From NCBI RefSeq assembly GCF_009914755.1, contig NC_060934.1: a DNA stretch of 64,000 bases; one strand, given 5' to 3'. Source of the DNA: the human T2T-CHM13v2.0 reference genome, Homo sapiens. Below, piece by piece: positions 16,026 to 34,450 of the stretch; position 1 is the first letter of the stretch, and each line of letters starts with the position of its first letter. The position numbers and the translations under genes are program-made. Below the pieces are notes generated by a model. That model had not been told where the DNA came from, did no database searches, and saw nothing but the letters and a program-made list of their open reading frames with translations.

Positions 16026-17472
16026 TGAATAGCTGTGACTACAGGTGCACACCACCACACCCAGCTAATTTTTGTATTTTTAGTAGAGACAGGGTTTCAC
16101 CATTTTGGCCAGGATGGCCTTGATCTCTTGACCTTGTGATCATCCCGCTTTGGCCTCCCAAAGTGTTGGGATTACAGGTGTGAGCCACCGCACCCTGCCA
16201 AGATCAGATCATTCCTTTGCAACTGCAAAGACACCTTATTCCCCATGAAGCATCATTTTCCCAAAGGCTGCTGTTGCTTTCAGCTCTGGTTGGTCATTCA
16301 TACATTTTGGAATGCTTTCCATTCCCAGGATATAGTGCATTGGAGAGAGAGTGGATGAACCAATGGACACAGCTCAGCTCTGTTGGAAGTGACAGGTGTT
16401 GTTTAGTTACAGTTGTTGGTACATGCCCCTGGAAAAGTGCAAGTGTGGCCGGAAGTAAATTCGATAAAGAATAGGCTGGGTGCGGTAGCTCACGCCTGTA
16501 ATCCGAGGACTTTGGGAGGCTGAGGCAGGCGAATCACCTGAGGTCAGGAGTTCAGGACCAGCCTGGCTAACATGGTGAAAGCCCGTCTCTACTAAAATAC
16601 AAAAAATTAGCTGGATGTGGTGGTGGGCGCCTGTAATCCCAGCTACTCAGGAGGCTGAGGCAGGAGAATCACAGGAACCTGAGAGGCGGAGGTTGCAGTG
16701 AGCCAAGATTGTGCCACTGCACTCGAGCCTGGGTGACAGAGCAAGAATCTGTCTCAAACAAACAGAAAACCCCCCAAAAACCAACAAACCAACCAAACAA
16801 AAAACATTAGCAACAAATGCCAAAGTGTTAAGAACCTTAGCACGGAGAGAATTCTTATAAAAATCAACACAAGACAAATACCCTAATGGCCTAACTGGGC
16901 AAAGGACACAGTGGGTGAGTCACAAGAGAGCCATCACCTAAGTCCACACAAAAACATCCCAAACCTCACTAACACATCCCTGTTAGAATTCCATGACCTC
17001 TGCTCTTGCTTCTGAAGGATCCTGTACCAGGCAGGCTGGGGGCAGGGTGGGAGGGGAGAAATCTCAAATTCAAGATTGTTCTTTCCATTCAACTCCCATC
17101 CCAAAGCCTTCTCCTCTGTCACAGGGGCAGCGCTCTGCTCACTTCCTGTCTCAGGCATCTATTGTCCAGTGGCCGCCACTACTCCCCATTCCAATGAGGA
17201 CACATCTTCTGCTAAGCTGATGGCGTGAGAGATGGAGTCGATCTCACAAGTTGTTGAGGTGGATTTGGATGCTGCTGTTGCTATGGTTACCTGCAGAGCC
17301 CCACTGGCTTTGAGGCCTCTGGTGCTATCTGGTGCTGGAGTGTCAGAGGCTTTTTCTCCATGTTCTGCTCCACACTGATCTTCTGTCCTTCTCTACCTGC
17401 CTAAACCACAGAGTGTTATTTCTCCACACTTGCCCACCCCATCCTGCCCTCCATGATAGATGGCTGTGCTAC

Positions 17473-17625
17473 CTGCTTGCTGCCTGCTTGTCCGATGGTG
17501 GTGGCACTGGGGGCAGTTTTCCATTGTCCTGAGTCTCACGCAGGCCTCGTGTGTCTGGACCTCATGGTTGAAGCTTTCAGATATTCTGCTCCTTCCCGCC
17601 AGGACAGCCAGCCTGTCTCTTGCAT
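17473..17625 (-). CDS. IL15RA: Alternative cassette exon 2A (DARDRLAVLAGRSRISESFNHEVQTHEACVRLRTMENCPQCHHHRTSRQQA/G)
   Basis: Acceptor TTACAG|AT at 17626/17625, donor G|GTAGC at 17473/17472; 153 nt, phase 1-1, open in frame between exons 1 and 2. Confidence 0.85.
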
Positions 17626-17714
17626 CTGTAACAGGTTTTGTACAGGAAGTGTTCCCTGCCCATTTCCAGCAGCCGTGGACCTCCAGGGCTGTTTGTGTAG
17701 GATCCTGAGCAAGG

Positions 17715-18790
17715 ACTAAGTGTATTGTGTGTGTTTCTGGCTGACTCACCAATCGATTCCATCGATCTATGTGTCTGTTTGTTTTGACACCAATACCGTG
17801 CTGCCTTGATTATTGTTGCTTTGTCATAGGTCTTAAAGTCAGGTAGTATAAGTCCTCCTACTGTGCTAATCATTTTCAAAGCTGAGTTTGCTTTTCTAGA
17901 TCCTTTACTGTTTTTTTGTTTTTAAATTAAATTAAATTAATTTTTTAAATTAAATTTTTAAATTTAATTAAAATTTTATAATTAAAATTTTTAAATTAAA
18001 TTTTTTAATTTAATTAAATTTTTAAAATTAAAATTTTTAAATTAAATTTTTTAAATTAAATTAAATTAAATTAAATTTTTCCAAGATAGAGTCTCACTCT
18101 GTCTCCCAGCGGGGAGTGCAGTGGCATGATCATAGCTCACTGCAGCCTCAGCTGCCTAAGCTCAAGTGATCTTTCCACCTCAGCCTCCTGAGTACCTGAG
18201 ACCACAGATGTGCACCACCATGCCCAGCTAGTTATTATTTTTTTAATTTGTAGAGATGAGGTCTTGCTATGTTGCTCAGGCTGGTCTCAAACTCCTGGGT
18301 TCAAGGGATCCTCCCAAAGTGCTGGGATTACAGGCGTGAGCCACCCCGCCTGGCCTACTGAATTTAACAAACAGTGTATCAATGTCTACCAACAAAAGCC
18401 TGCTAAAATTTTGATTGGAATTCATTAAATTTAAAGATCAGTTTGGGGAAGAATTGATATCTTAATAATATTGAGTCTTCTTAAAAACCCATCAACACGG
18501 TATCTCTCTTGATTTATTTAAGAATTCTGCAATTTCTCCAGAAATGTTTTATAATTTTCAGCGTGCCAGCCTTGTACATCTTTTGTCAGACATATCCCTA
18601 AGTATTTCATATTTTTTATGTCACTGCAAATGGTATGATATTTATTTCGATTTCTTATTGTTTGTTGCTAGTATTTTGCATATTGATTTTTTGGTGTCTT
18701 GACTCTGTATTCTGCACCCTTGTAAACTCACTTATTCTAATAGCAGCTTTGTAGATTCCATATGATTTCCTATGGAGATGATCACATCAT
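17715..18790 (-). mobile_element. Old L1M ORF2 fragment interrupted by an AluJ
   Basis: Translation GGLILPDFKTYDKATIIKAARYW resembles L1 ORF2 [23 protein letters not shown]. Confidence 0.8.
17919..18080. repeat. 162-bp A/T-only low-complexity tract, (TTAAA)n-like, at the tail of an antisense AluJ
   Basis: No G or C between 17919 and 18080. Confidence 0.95.
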
Positions 18791-19410
18791 AGATTCTCTG
18801 AGTATGTTTTATGATTCCATTTTATCTCCTTTGTTGGTTATTAACTATAACTCGTTGTACTAGTTTAGTGGTTGTTTTAGGGTGTCCACTATATATCTTT
18901 ACCTTATCACAGTTTTCCTTCCGGTGATGTTATACCACCACATACATATCCTGTAAAGATCTGAAACAGCAGACTTCCAGTCTCTCCCCCAAGCCCTTGT
19001 GCTATTGTTCTATGTTTTGCTTTGACATACGTTATACCCCATGACACATTGTTATTATTTTGCTTTAAACAGTTGATTATTGTTTATCAGCTCAGGATTT
19101 TAAAAGGCATTTGCACTATATTATTTATCATTTCTGGGTGTTTTTGTAGCAGGAGGGTTTTTTGGTATCTACTCTGTCATTTTGCTGAGAAAGGAAGTCT
19201 ATCAGTGGTTCTTCCATTCTGAACGGTCCTCAAACCAAGATAAATCTGTGAATAGTTAATGTTTGAATGTACAAGGATATCAATGTACTACAGCCAATCC
19301 AACCAGGCAAATGGTGGCCAGTTACTTACTTTATAAAGTTGGACTGTCTCATAACTATATTGGTGATATTACTAACACTGTTTCATTTTATTATTTTATT
19401 TTTAAAATGA

Positions 19411-19590
<180 letters not shown>

Positions 19591-21924
19591 TAGAGGCACA
19601 TGCCACCATACCTGGCTAATTTTTTTTTTCCTAGAGATGGGGTCTCACCATGTTGCCCAGCCTGGTCTCAAACTCCTGAACTCAAGCCGTCCTCCAGAGA
19701 TAATACATTTAATTGAAGCAATAACTTCATTTCCACATGCCTTAATCACATCTTTAGATACTTGAATTATACTTTCTATATATTCTCTCATAACATTGTT
19801 CCCTAGTTATTCAATGTAAACAAGTCTCACCTTGTTTACAATATTATAAGCTCCTTGCAGATGGTATGTATATTTCACAGTTCTGTGGTACTCTCACTTT
19901 CCTACGGCTGGTATACGATAGATATTTTCTGAATACATATAATGGAATTATGAAGTAATGGAAATTGGAGTAAACTTATGGCTCTAGGACTTTCAAAACT
20001 CTGAAGTAGCCAAAAAACATATACAACAAGTCCTAACGATCATTTAAATGAAGTCACCAAAATAGTGTATGAGGCCACACCTCTTTCTGTTTCCCAGAAC
20101 CTGTGAATCACACTTCCTTATCTATCAGGTTGGTTTACAGAGTCTAATAAGAGCTGGCAGCCTCGGCCTGGTTCCATATCCAGAGTTCAGAGGTTGTCGG
20201 GTTAGCGTGGCTCCCAATCCTGTGAGCAGAGTCAGAATGGACTCCAACATTCCCCTCGCTTACAGCACCTTTCAAATGCCTGCACGAGCTAAGGGTGGTA
20301 GGATTCAGAGATGTGTCAGATATGGTTCCTGCCCTCAGGATGCTCACTGTGGAGCTGGTGTACGGAAAAGGCAAAGGCCTCTGGCCTCACAGTCACCCAT
20401 CACCTTCCTTCCTTATTTTCCCCGCTGAAATGTCAGCCAAGTCAACACACTTCCTTTTGGAGTTCCCAAAAAGTACAGACTGTCTCCAGCTCACTGCCTG
20501 AAACTTGGCAATTCTTTTCTTTCTCTCTCAGACTCATTAACTGAGCTTCCTGACCCACCTCTTGTGTGCCAGGTGAATTTCTCCATAACTCGAATCCTTA
20601 AATAATGATTATTGGAGTCTTGCAAGAGTTGAGGGCTACAGGTTGAAGAGCAAATGAAAGGAAAGTAATGAAATACATTCTATAGTTTTAGGACTCGAGA
20701 AGACATCTGGCCTCTTCTGTCTCCTGCATTGACACCGCCTGTGTTCAGGATTTCATCACCACCCACCAGAACGATTTCAAAAACCTCAATGCAGCTCCTA
20801 TTCTCTGGAGTCTCCTGACTACAGTTCATTCTTCACACTCTGAACAAGAGCAACCTTTCCACCATGCAGCTCCAGTAATGCTCCCCTGCACAGAAACCCT
20901 CAGGGACTCCCCACTGCACAGAAGGGAATCAAGCCTTTCCAAGAAGAAGCATTCAAATCACATCAACTATGTCCAATGAGCAACACTGATATGACTCCCA
21001 GGATATATACTGAGGAGTTTCATATATATTTATTCATTTAGATACATATTATTATTACTGTTATTATTTTTATTGTTATTTTTGAGACAGAGTCTCGCTT
21101 TGTCGCCCAGGCTGGAATGCAGTGGACAAGTGTTTGTGAGTTGGACAAGCTTTCGTAAAGTCATGAAAACATTGCCAGACAAGATCAGCTATAATTAAAG
21201 ATGAATTAGAAAAAACTCCAAAATTCTGGATCTTAATTGTGCTATTTCTTTTGTAATTTTATTTATTTACTTTTCTTATTACAAAACAATTCAAATTATG
21301 GCAGAAAAATAAGAAAGGGCAGACAACTGCATACATGCCCACATATGACCAACACATGACATCTTCCCCATTCAATGACAACTACTTCTTGATCTTCTTC
21401 TAGTAAAAAAATGAATCATATGATGTCTACTACTTGAAAACAACTCCATTTTATTTACTCAGTCCTCCGCTGTTTAAAATTTATGTTGATTTTGACAAAT
21501 CTCATGTTTTATACACTCACGTTTTCACCACTTTTTTGCTATCAGTAGAGGCAAAGAAGCAGTAACAACTAGATAAAATGGATAGGAAATAAAAAATAAA
21601 AGGTTTGGGAAAAGACCCCTAAAGTTCTGAAAAATGGCTTAAAAATACTTAAAGACACATGAAAAGTTGTGAAAACAACCCCAAGTGCACTTACACCTTA
21701 CATAAAAAAAGCGAACTGAAATTGGTGGCTAGGGATATTTGTCTTCAAACAAAGCAGTCTTCTCAGTTGCTTCTGGCCATCGCCCGCAATCTTTCAGACT
21801 GAAATGCTCTCTAAGAAGTCAGTGACCTTCTACCCAACATAATGGACGCCCCTGCACATCAGGCCTTTTAAATAAGAACAGACTGGCAACAACTTGTTGT
21901 GCATAGTAGCACAAGAAGGAGACT

Positions 21925-24290
<2,366 letters not shown>

Positions 24291-24476
24291 AAAACAACGG
24301 CTGGGCAAGCTGGCTCACGCCTGTAATCCCAGCACTTTGGAAGGCCGAGGCGGGCAGATCACAAGGTCAGGAGTGATCACCATGTTGGATCAGCCTGACC
24401 AACATGGTGAAACCCCGTCTCTATTAAAAACACAAAAGTTACTGGGCGTGGTGGCGATCGCCTGTAATCCCAGCTA

Positions 24477-24584
<108 letters not shown>

Positions 24585-26098
24585 TCAAAAAAGAAAACAA
24601 GAAAGAAAGAAAAAGAAAAAGAAAAAACATTGAGAGCTTTGGGAAGGGAAGGTAGCAACATCTTTCTAAGGTCAAAGGGCAAGGCTGTGCAGCTGATGAG
24701 ATCAGAGATCTCACAGTGGTGCTCCCCTATCCACTCAGTCTTCAAGGAAGACACCTCCTCTCTGCTGGGCTTTGACTAAGGCTGCATTTCACTTTCATAT
24801 TGTGTAATCCAGCTGCCCCAGTTGCCAGCTATGGGGTCCTGTGACACTGCTAGCCAACTGGGAGGAACCAACCGGTCACCAACTAACTCTGCTTCTCAGA
24901 TGTGGGGGGAAATCCAAGCATCAGAGTCTCATGAAAACGAAACTTCAAGAAGCCTCGCAGAGCTGGGGTGGGGGTGGCGGAGGGTGGGGGGGCGTTCAGG
25001 CCACACCAGGCAGCAGCAACTGTGCGTGGAATGGCTTTGGCCAGGGCCTGGGCAGACTGGCCCGACTGGATGTAAATTATTCAGGGTCTCGCTTAAAAAC
25101 ACACACAGATCATGGCGTTACTAATTCCTATAGAGAGTCCATGGATGGCCTTCAGTGGGGCTTTGACCCCAAAATCATATGCACATTTTGTAACTATGTT
25201 CATTCATGCATTTTTCTGGGGGCCGGGGGTTCATAGCTTTCATCAGACCCTCCAAGAGCTCCCTGACTATAAAAAGATAAAGAAGCGCTGACAAGGATAG
25301 AGCTAGACCCTGCTACTGTTTTCCCCCTTCCTCTGGCTGCCGGGACAAAACCCCTAGGAATCGCTCATTCCGTCCTCCCTGCCGAGATCAGAGCTCCGCG
25401 ACCCGCTTTCTTCTCGAATACACCAAGCGATCACAGATCTCTTCCCCCTTTTTCTGCGAGTGTAGACTCCAGGCTGGCCCCCACTCCCCACCCCCATCCG
25501 GTCCCGACCGCCTCTGCTGGTTTCCTGATCGCTTAAGAATTGGAAGTTGTTTCCAGGTCCCCAGGTGTGCAACTTGCCCGACGCGTTTCCCCCTGGGACA
25601 CAGCTCCTCCCCACCCTCCCAGCTCCCACTGACATAATTTACTTTTGCCTGGGAGTCGGGAGGAGTAGTTTCTCCCGGACCCCTCCGAGGACCGCGTGCT
25701 GTGCAACACCCGCCCTGCAGTCCAGGCGCCTGGGAGAAGCGCACTGGCCCGTGTCTCCAAACTGCTGGACGCCGCCGGCTCCGCGCTCCCGTGGCCAAAA
25801 CGGGCTTCTCAGAACTGCTCCTGACCTCGGCCTCGGAGACCCCAGCCAGGCCGCCCGCTCCCTTACGTGGGTGACCCGGGCGCAGCGGCGGCGCTCTCCC
25901 TGCGACCCCGGCTCCCGGCACGTGTCCCTCCTGCCCGGCGCCGCGTCCCCTCCCCGGCCTGGGCCTGCGCGCACCGCGCTCCCGAGGGCACCGACGCCCC
26001 CGCACGGCCGGGGGAGATGGGGCGCCCGGTTCCCTCCAGCTCCACGTCCCGGCCCCCTTCCAAGTCCCGCCCGGGCGCCCCTGCTCCCAGCTCCCTAC

Positions 26099-26186
26099 CC
26101 CGCGTCGCCGGCGGCCGGAGCAGCAGCAGCAGTAGCAGCGCCGGGAGACCGAGGGTCCGGCAGCCGCGCGCCCGCCGCGGGGCCAT
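26099..26186 (-). CDS. IL15RA: IL-15 receptor alpha, coding exon 1 (signal peptide MAPRRARGCRTLGLPALLLLLLLRPPATR/G)
   Basis: ATG at 26186 in strong Kozak context (GCCGCCATGG); hydrophobic leader; donor G|GTAGGG at 26098; 88 nt, phase 1. Confidence 0.98.
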
Positions 26187-26291
26187 GGCGGCAGCTCCAC
26201 AGGACACCGCTGGACTCCCCGGGCGAGCGCTGCCCAGGCCGGGGGGAGGTGGCGAGCGCTGCTCTGGGACCTGCCGCCCCGCCAGTCGCAT
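26187..26291 (-). CDS. IL15RA: 35-codon in-frame N-terminal extension from upstream ATG (MRLAGRQVPEQRSPPPPGLGSARPGSPAVSCGAAA)
   Basis: ORF track 25863..26291 is in frame with the canonical ATG; 267+35+51 (exon 2A) = 353 aa, matching my recollection of an annotated long isoform. Confidence 0.6.
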
Positions 26292-26310
26292 TCGCTTTCG
26301 CTTTTGCTTT
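26291..26310 (-). promoter_or_regulatory. IRF-E/ISRE-like element (AAAGCAAAAGCGAAAGCGAA)
   Basis: AAANNGAAA repeats about 110 bp upstream of the ATG; IL15RA is known to be IFN/IRF-inducible. Confidence 0.7.
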
Positions 26311-26353
26311 GGCCCCCGAGGGCTCGGAGAGGTGCAAAGCGGTGACAGATCCG

Positions 26354-26360
26354 TGACTCA
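26354..26360 (+). promoter_or_regulatory. AP-1 site TGACTCA
   Basis: Exact consensus within the promoter. Confidence 0.5.
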
Positions 26361-26801
26361 GCGTCCCCACCCCTGCTGGGGAAGGAGCCCCGCCGGCCGC
26401 CGCGGCACCGCACAGCCACCCCTGTCCCCGGGACGCATGGGCCGTGCCCGGTGGGGACCCAGGACCTTACCCACGCAAGCCCGGGAGCCTCCCGGTCCTC
26501 CGCGCTCGTCGTGCTCTGGGACCTCCAGTGTGCACTCGGTCCGGTGTCCCCACTGCGAAGAGAGTGGGCAAAGTCATCGGAGAGCAGACTCTCTCCAGCC
26601 CTCTCTGCGGCTCGGATCCACTTGACCTCGCCCGGCGCTGGTCGCCTCCAGCTGCTCCGCCTTCGGCTTTCCTGGTCTCCCTCCGGGGCCCTGCGCTCGG
26701 TTGTGAGCGGCCGGCCTGGGTGAGTGCCCGCGGAGGTGTCGCCGCGGTGCGGAGGCGCGGGCACCTGCCTGGTGCGCTCTGGCCCGGGCGGAGCGCAGCC
26801 C

Positions 26802-26817
26802 CCGCCACCTGCTGGCT
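26802..26817 (-). promoter_or_regulatory. CTCF-like motif AGCCAGCAGGTGGCGG
   Basis: Matches the CCASYAGRKGGCRS core. Confidence 0.5.
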
Positions 26818-27479
26818 CCCGCGGCCCCCGGCGCCCGCTGGGGCCCCAGCTCCGCCACTTCGCCGAATTCCTGCTGCAGCTTTGCTCCCCTAGAAAATGC
26901 CTCATCTTAGAAGGAGAGGGGGCGGAGGGGGGAGAAGGGGGAGAGGAGCCACAGTGCTTCACCTCTGAGCCTCGCTTCCTTAGGTTCTTCCAGGCTGCCA
27001 TCCTCCTCTTTGGCTGGTGGGTTTTTTTCTTTCTTGGGGTCTCAAGTGAAGCCTGAGAACCGGGTCTGTAAGCTCCCAAGTGCAGATTCTCAGGTCTAGC
27101 GGTGACATTGGACAGGACGAGACATCTCCAAGCCTCGGTCATTGCCTCTTAAAATCTCACAACGTGTTTATGAGGCTTTTGTGACATACTTGCAAATTCT
27201 CTTTGAAAACGAAATAATCTGTACAATAATCCCCCAAGACACAGGTTTACCTTTATAACAAACCTGCACTTATAACCCTGAACTTAAAAGTTAAATAAAA
27301 GAATTTAGGGCCGAGCGCGGTGGCCACTCCTGAAATCCAAGCACTTTCGGAGGCCAAGGCAGGTGGATCGCCTGAAGTCAGGAATTCGAGACTAGCCTGG
27401 CCAACATGGTGAAACCCCATCTCTACTAAAAATACCAAAATTAGCTGGGCATGGTGGCGGGCGCCTGTAATCCCAGCTA

Positions 27480-27687
<208 letters not shown>

Positions 27688-27699
27688 TTACTCCAACTG

Positions 27700-27709
27700 G
27701 GGAAATCCC
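27700..27709 (-). promoter_or_regulatory. NF-kB site GGGATTTCCC
   Basis: Exact kB consensus about 1.5 kb upstream of the ATG; NF-kB induction of IL15RA is established. Confidence 0.65.
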
Positions 27710-28613
27710 ACATTATTCAATTTCTCTCAATACTTAATAATAAATCTCAAGATGATAAGATCAAATTTAAAAATTAACAATATTCCTTAATATTGTCAAA
27801 TATATTGAGGGTTTATTGAATGCAGGCTAAGCATAGCATGTATACAATAGAGCATTTTTTATTCTATGGACATTTATGAAGTAGAGATTTCTCCATTATT
27901 ACAGACTCTTTGTAAAAGTTTTTAATGGCTGCAAATTATCATAGTTTAACATCCCCTCTATTATTTTAATATTAAAGATAACATTGTCATAAATGTCTTT
28001 CTACAAAATCTTGTGAATTTAAGATCGCTTAGAATAGATTTCCTACAGTGGAACTATTGAGTCAACTGGTAGGGAATATTTTTAAAGGCTTTTTCTCTTT
28101 TAAACAAATATTTCTATCTTGCTTTCCAAAAGTCTTGTATCAATATACCTTCTAACTAGCATTGATTGTGTTAAAGTACCCATTTTACTGCATTCTGACC
28201 AAAAGTAAATTTTAAAATTTGAAAATAAAATTGTAAATTTGGTATGCTTAAAGAACTCTATTTCATTACATATATATGCGTTGTTAAATAATGTAAATTT
28301 CAAATATACTTCGAACTATAGCAATCAATAAATATAGTGGATATCCATGAGCCTACTGCCTCATCCTGTCAAAACTTAATATGTCTGCTCAATGTTTGCT
28401 TCAGATATTTTTTGGAATAAAAAAATTACAGATAAAGTTGAAGCCCCTTTGTATTCTTGCATCTTTCTCTTCCTCCGTCTTCCACTTTCTCGCAGGTAAA
28501 TGTTTCTTGAAACTGGTACTCATCATTCCCAGGCATTCTTAGGCCCCTTTTCCATGTGTATGTCCATGTGCAACGGACAGGATGGCTTACATTTTTAAAA
28601 ATTCATGTGATTA

Positions 28614-31584
<2,971 letters not shown>

Positions 31585-32854
31585 CACTGTCATGTCATTC
31601 CAAAACTTTCTTTTTCCCTTAGCATTAATTTCTCCATTGATACATGTAGTGGTAGGTCATTAATTTTAACTGTTAGATAGTATTACGCCCTGTTACACCC
31701 TGCTATACTCTGCTATTATCTGCGCTATTTTCTGCCATAACTCCTAAAAGCTTCAGGTAGTGTCCAGTGCTGGTCTAGACTTTCCCTCATTGTATAAATT
31801 GAACGTTTTAGCAGGAAACTGGAAAAGACCAAGGCCAATTATTGATTTAGAATGCCATTGTACACTCAAAGGCTCTTCTTTTTTTTTTAACCTTTTTAGA
31901 AATACTGTTTCCATAAATTATTTTCACTTAGATAATTAGTCCATTACTGGGATACTTACTCTGTTCCACAGTCTCCGCCAGTTATTATAGCTCTGTCATG
32001 TTTCCAAATCTTGCAGGGGATGGTCTGCCCCGTAAGTTCCTCCTCCCCAAGGTTTCTTTGCTATCCTTTTAAAGAATATTCTTATGTTTGTTCATCCAGA
32101 TGAAATTTCGAATTTTTATTTCGGATTGTCAGTTACCTCTTAAAAAAACAAAAGGATCCAACATCTTGAATTGTATTTAGATGGAAATAATACTTAATTT
32201 CATCCATATTCCATAGGGACTACTTTCCTGGGTTAAACTGATATGACTTGATGGTATCTTTAAAAAACTTTTTGTTTGGAGGTAAGTAGAGATTCTCACG
32301 TAGTTGTAATGATACAGAGAGATCCTGTATACCCTTGACTCAGTTTTCCTCAATGGTAGCATGTTGAATAGCTAAAGTACAATATCACAACCAGGAAATG
32401 ACATGGATACAACATATAGACATTCGAATTTTGCCAGTGTTACATGCGTGTGTGCGTGTGTAATTCTACACAATTTTGTCACATTGCAGGCGGTTGGGTT
32501 GTGGCCCCTCCACGGCCAAGATGCAGGGCAAGATGAAGCACACCAGGCTGCCTTGTGCTGCCCTTTTATAGCCACAGCCATCCGCCTCTCTCCACTTTCC
32601 CTCAGCACCGGCAGCCACGATGCTATCCATCTCTGCAACTTTGTCATTTCAAGAACGTTTGCTATATAAATGAAATCATCCAGCGTGTAGCCTTTCGAGG
32701 TCAGCTTTTGCAAACAGTGCAATTCTCTGTAGATCCATTCAAGCTGCTGCATGGATGAACAGCTTGGTCCTTTTTAGGAGCAACATGGGAGTCTCTCTTT
32801 AGAATGTATGACCCTCCCATCCACACTTCAGCCACGCCTGGCCTTTTCTGTGTG

Positions 32855-33668
<814 letters not shown>

Positions 33669-33933
33669 TCAGACCAAAGGAAACGAGATGGCTTGGGAAG
33701 AGTGGGCTTCCTTGGCTGAGTGTCCACCATTCAGGAGAGACTCAGGTGGGGGTCGTTCTGGAGCTTCTCGCAGGGGACCCATGCAGGGTGGGGATCAGCT
33801 CAGCAGTCATCATTCAGAACAGAGCTGGAGGTGAGGATGAGGCTCAGGCTCTGGAAAGAAAAGTCCTAGTGACAGGGTCTTTGGCCACAGACTGTCGGCA
33901 AGATGCAGACAGAGGACTCAGCTGGGGAGGAGA

Positions 33934-34019
33934 GCCAGGCAGAGGGGAGGATGGCAGATGGGGCCAGGCAGAGGGGAGGATGGCGGACGGGGCCAGGCAG
34001 AGGGGAGGATGGTAGATGG
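33934..34019 (+). repeat. 29-bp G-rich tandem repeat x3
   Basis: gccaggcagaggggaggatggcagatggg at 33934, 33963 and 33992. Confidence 0.9.
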
Positions 34020-34123
34020 ATATATCAGGAAGAAGAGAGCCGTGGCTCAGGTTAAGGGATTTTCTTTTTTCTTTTTTTTTGCTTTAGAATCCTAGATTTT
34101 TAAGTGGAGATATATTCATATGA

Positions 34124-34450
<327 letters not shown>

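Larger units (their letters stand above)
25380..26870. promoter_or_regulatory. CpG island / IL15RA promoter and first-exon region
   Basis: Very GC- and CpG-rich, spans exon 1; GC boxes (ccgccc). Confidence 0.92.

Noticed and set aside
25388-27142. 584-aa minus-strand ORF (and overlapping 250-270 aa plus-strand ORFs) across the promoter
   Set aside because: Lies in an extreme-GC CpG island where stop codons are rare; out of frame with IL15RA; low-complexity R/G/P/A composition with no recognisable domain. Only ribosome profiling or PhyloCSF support would revive it.
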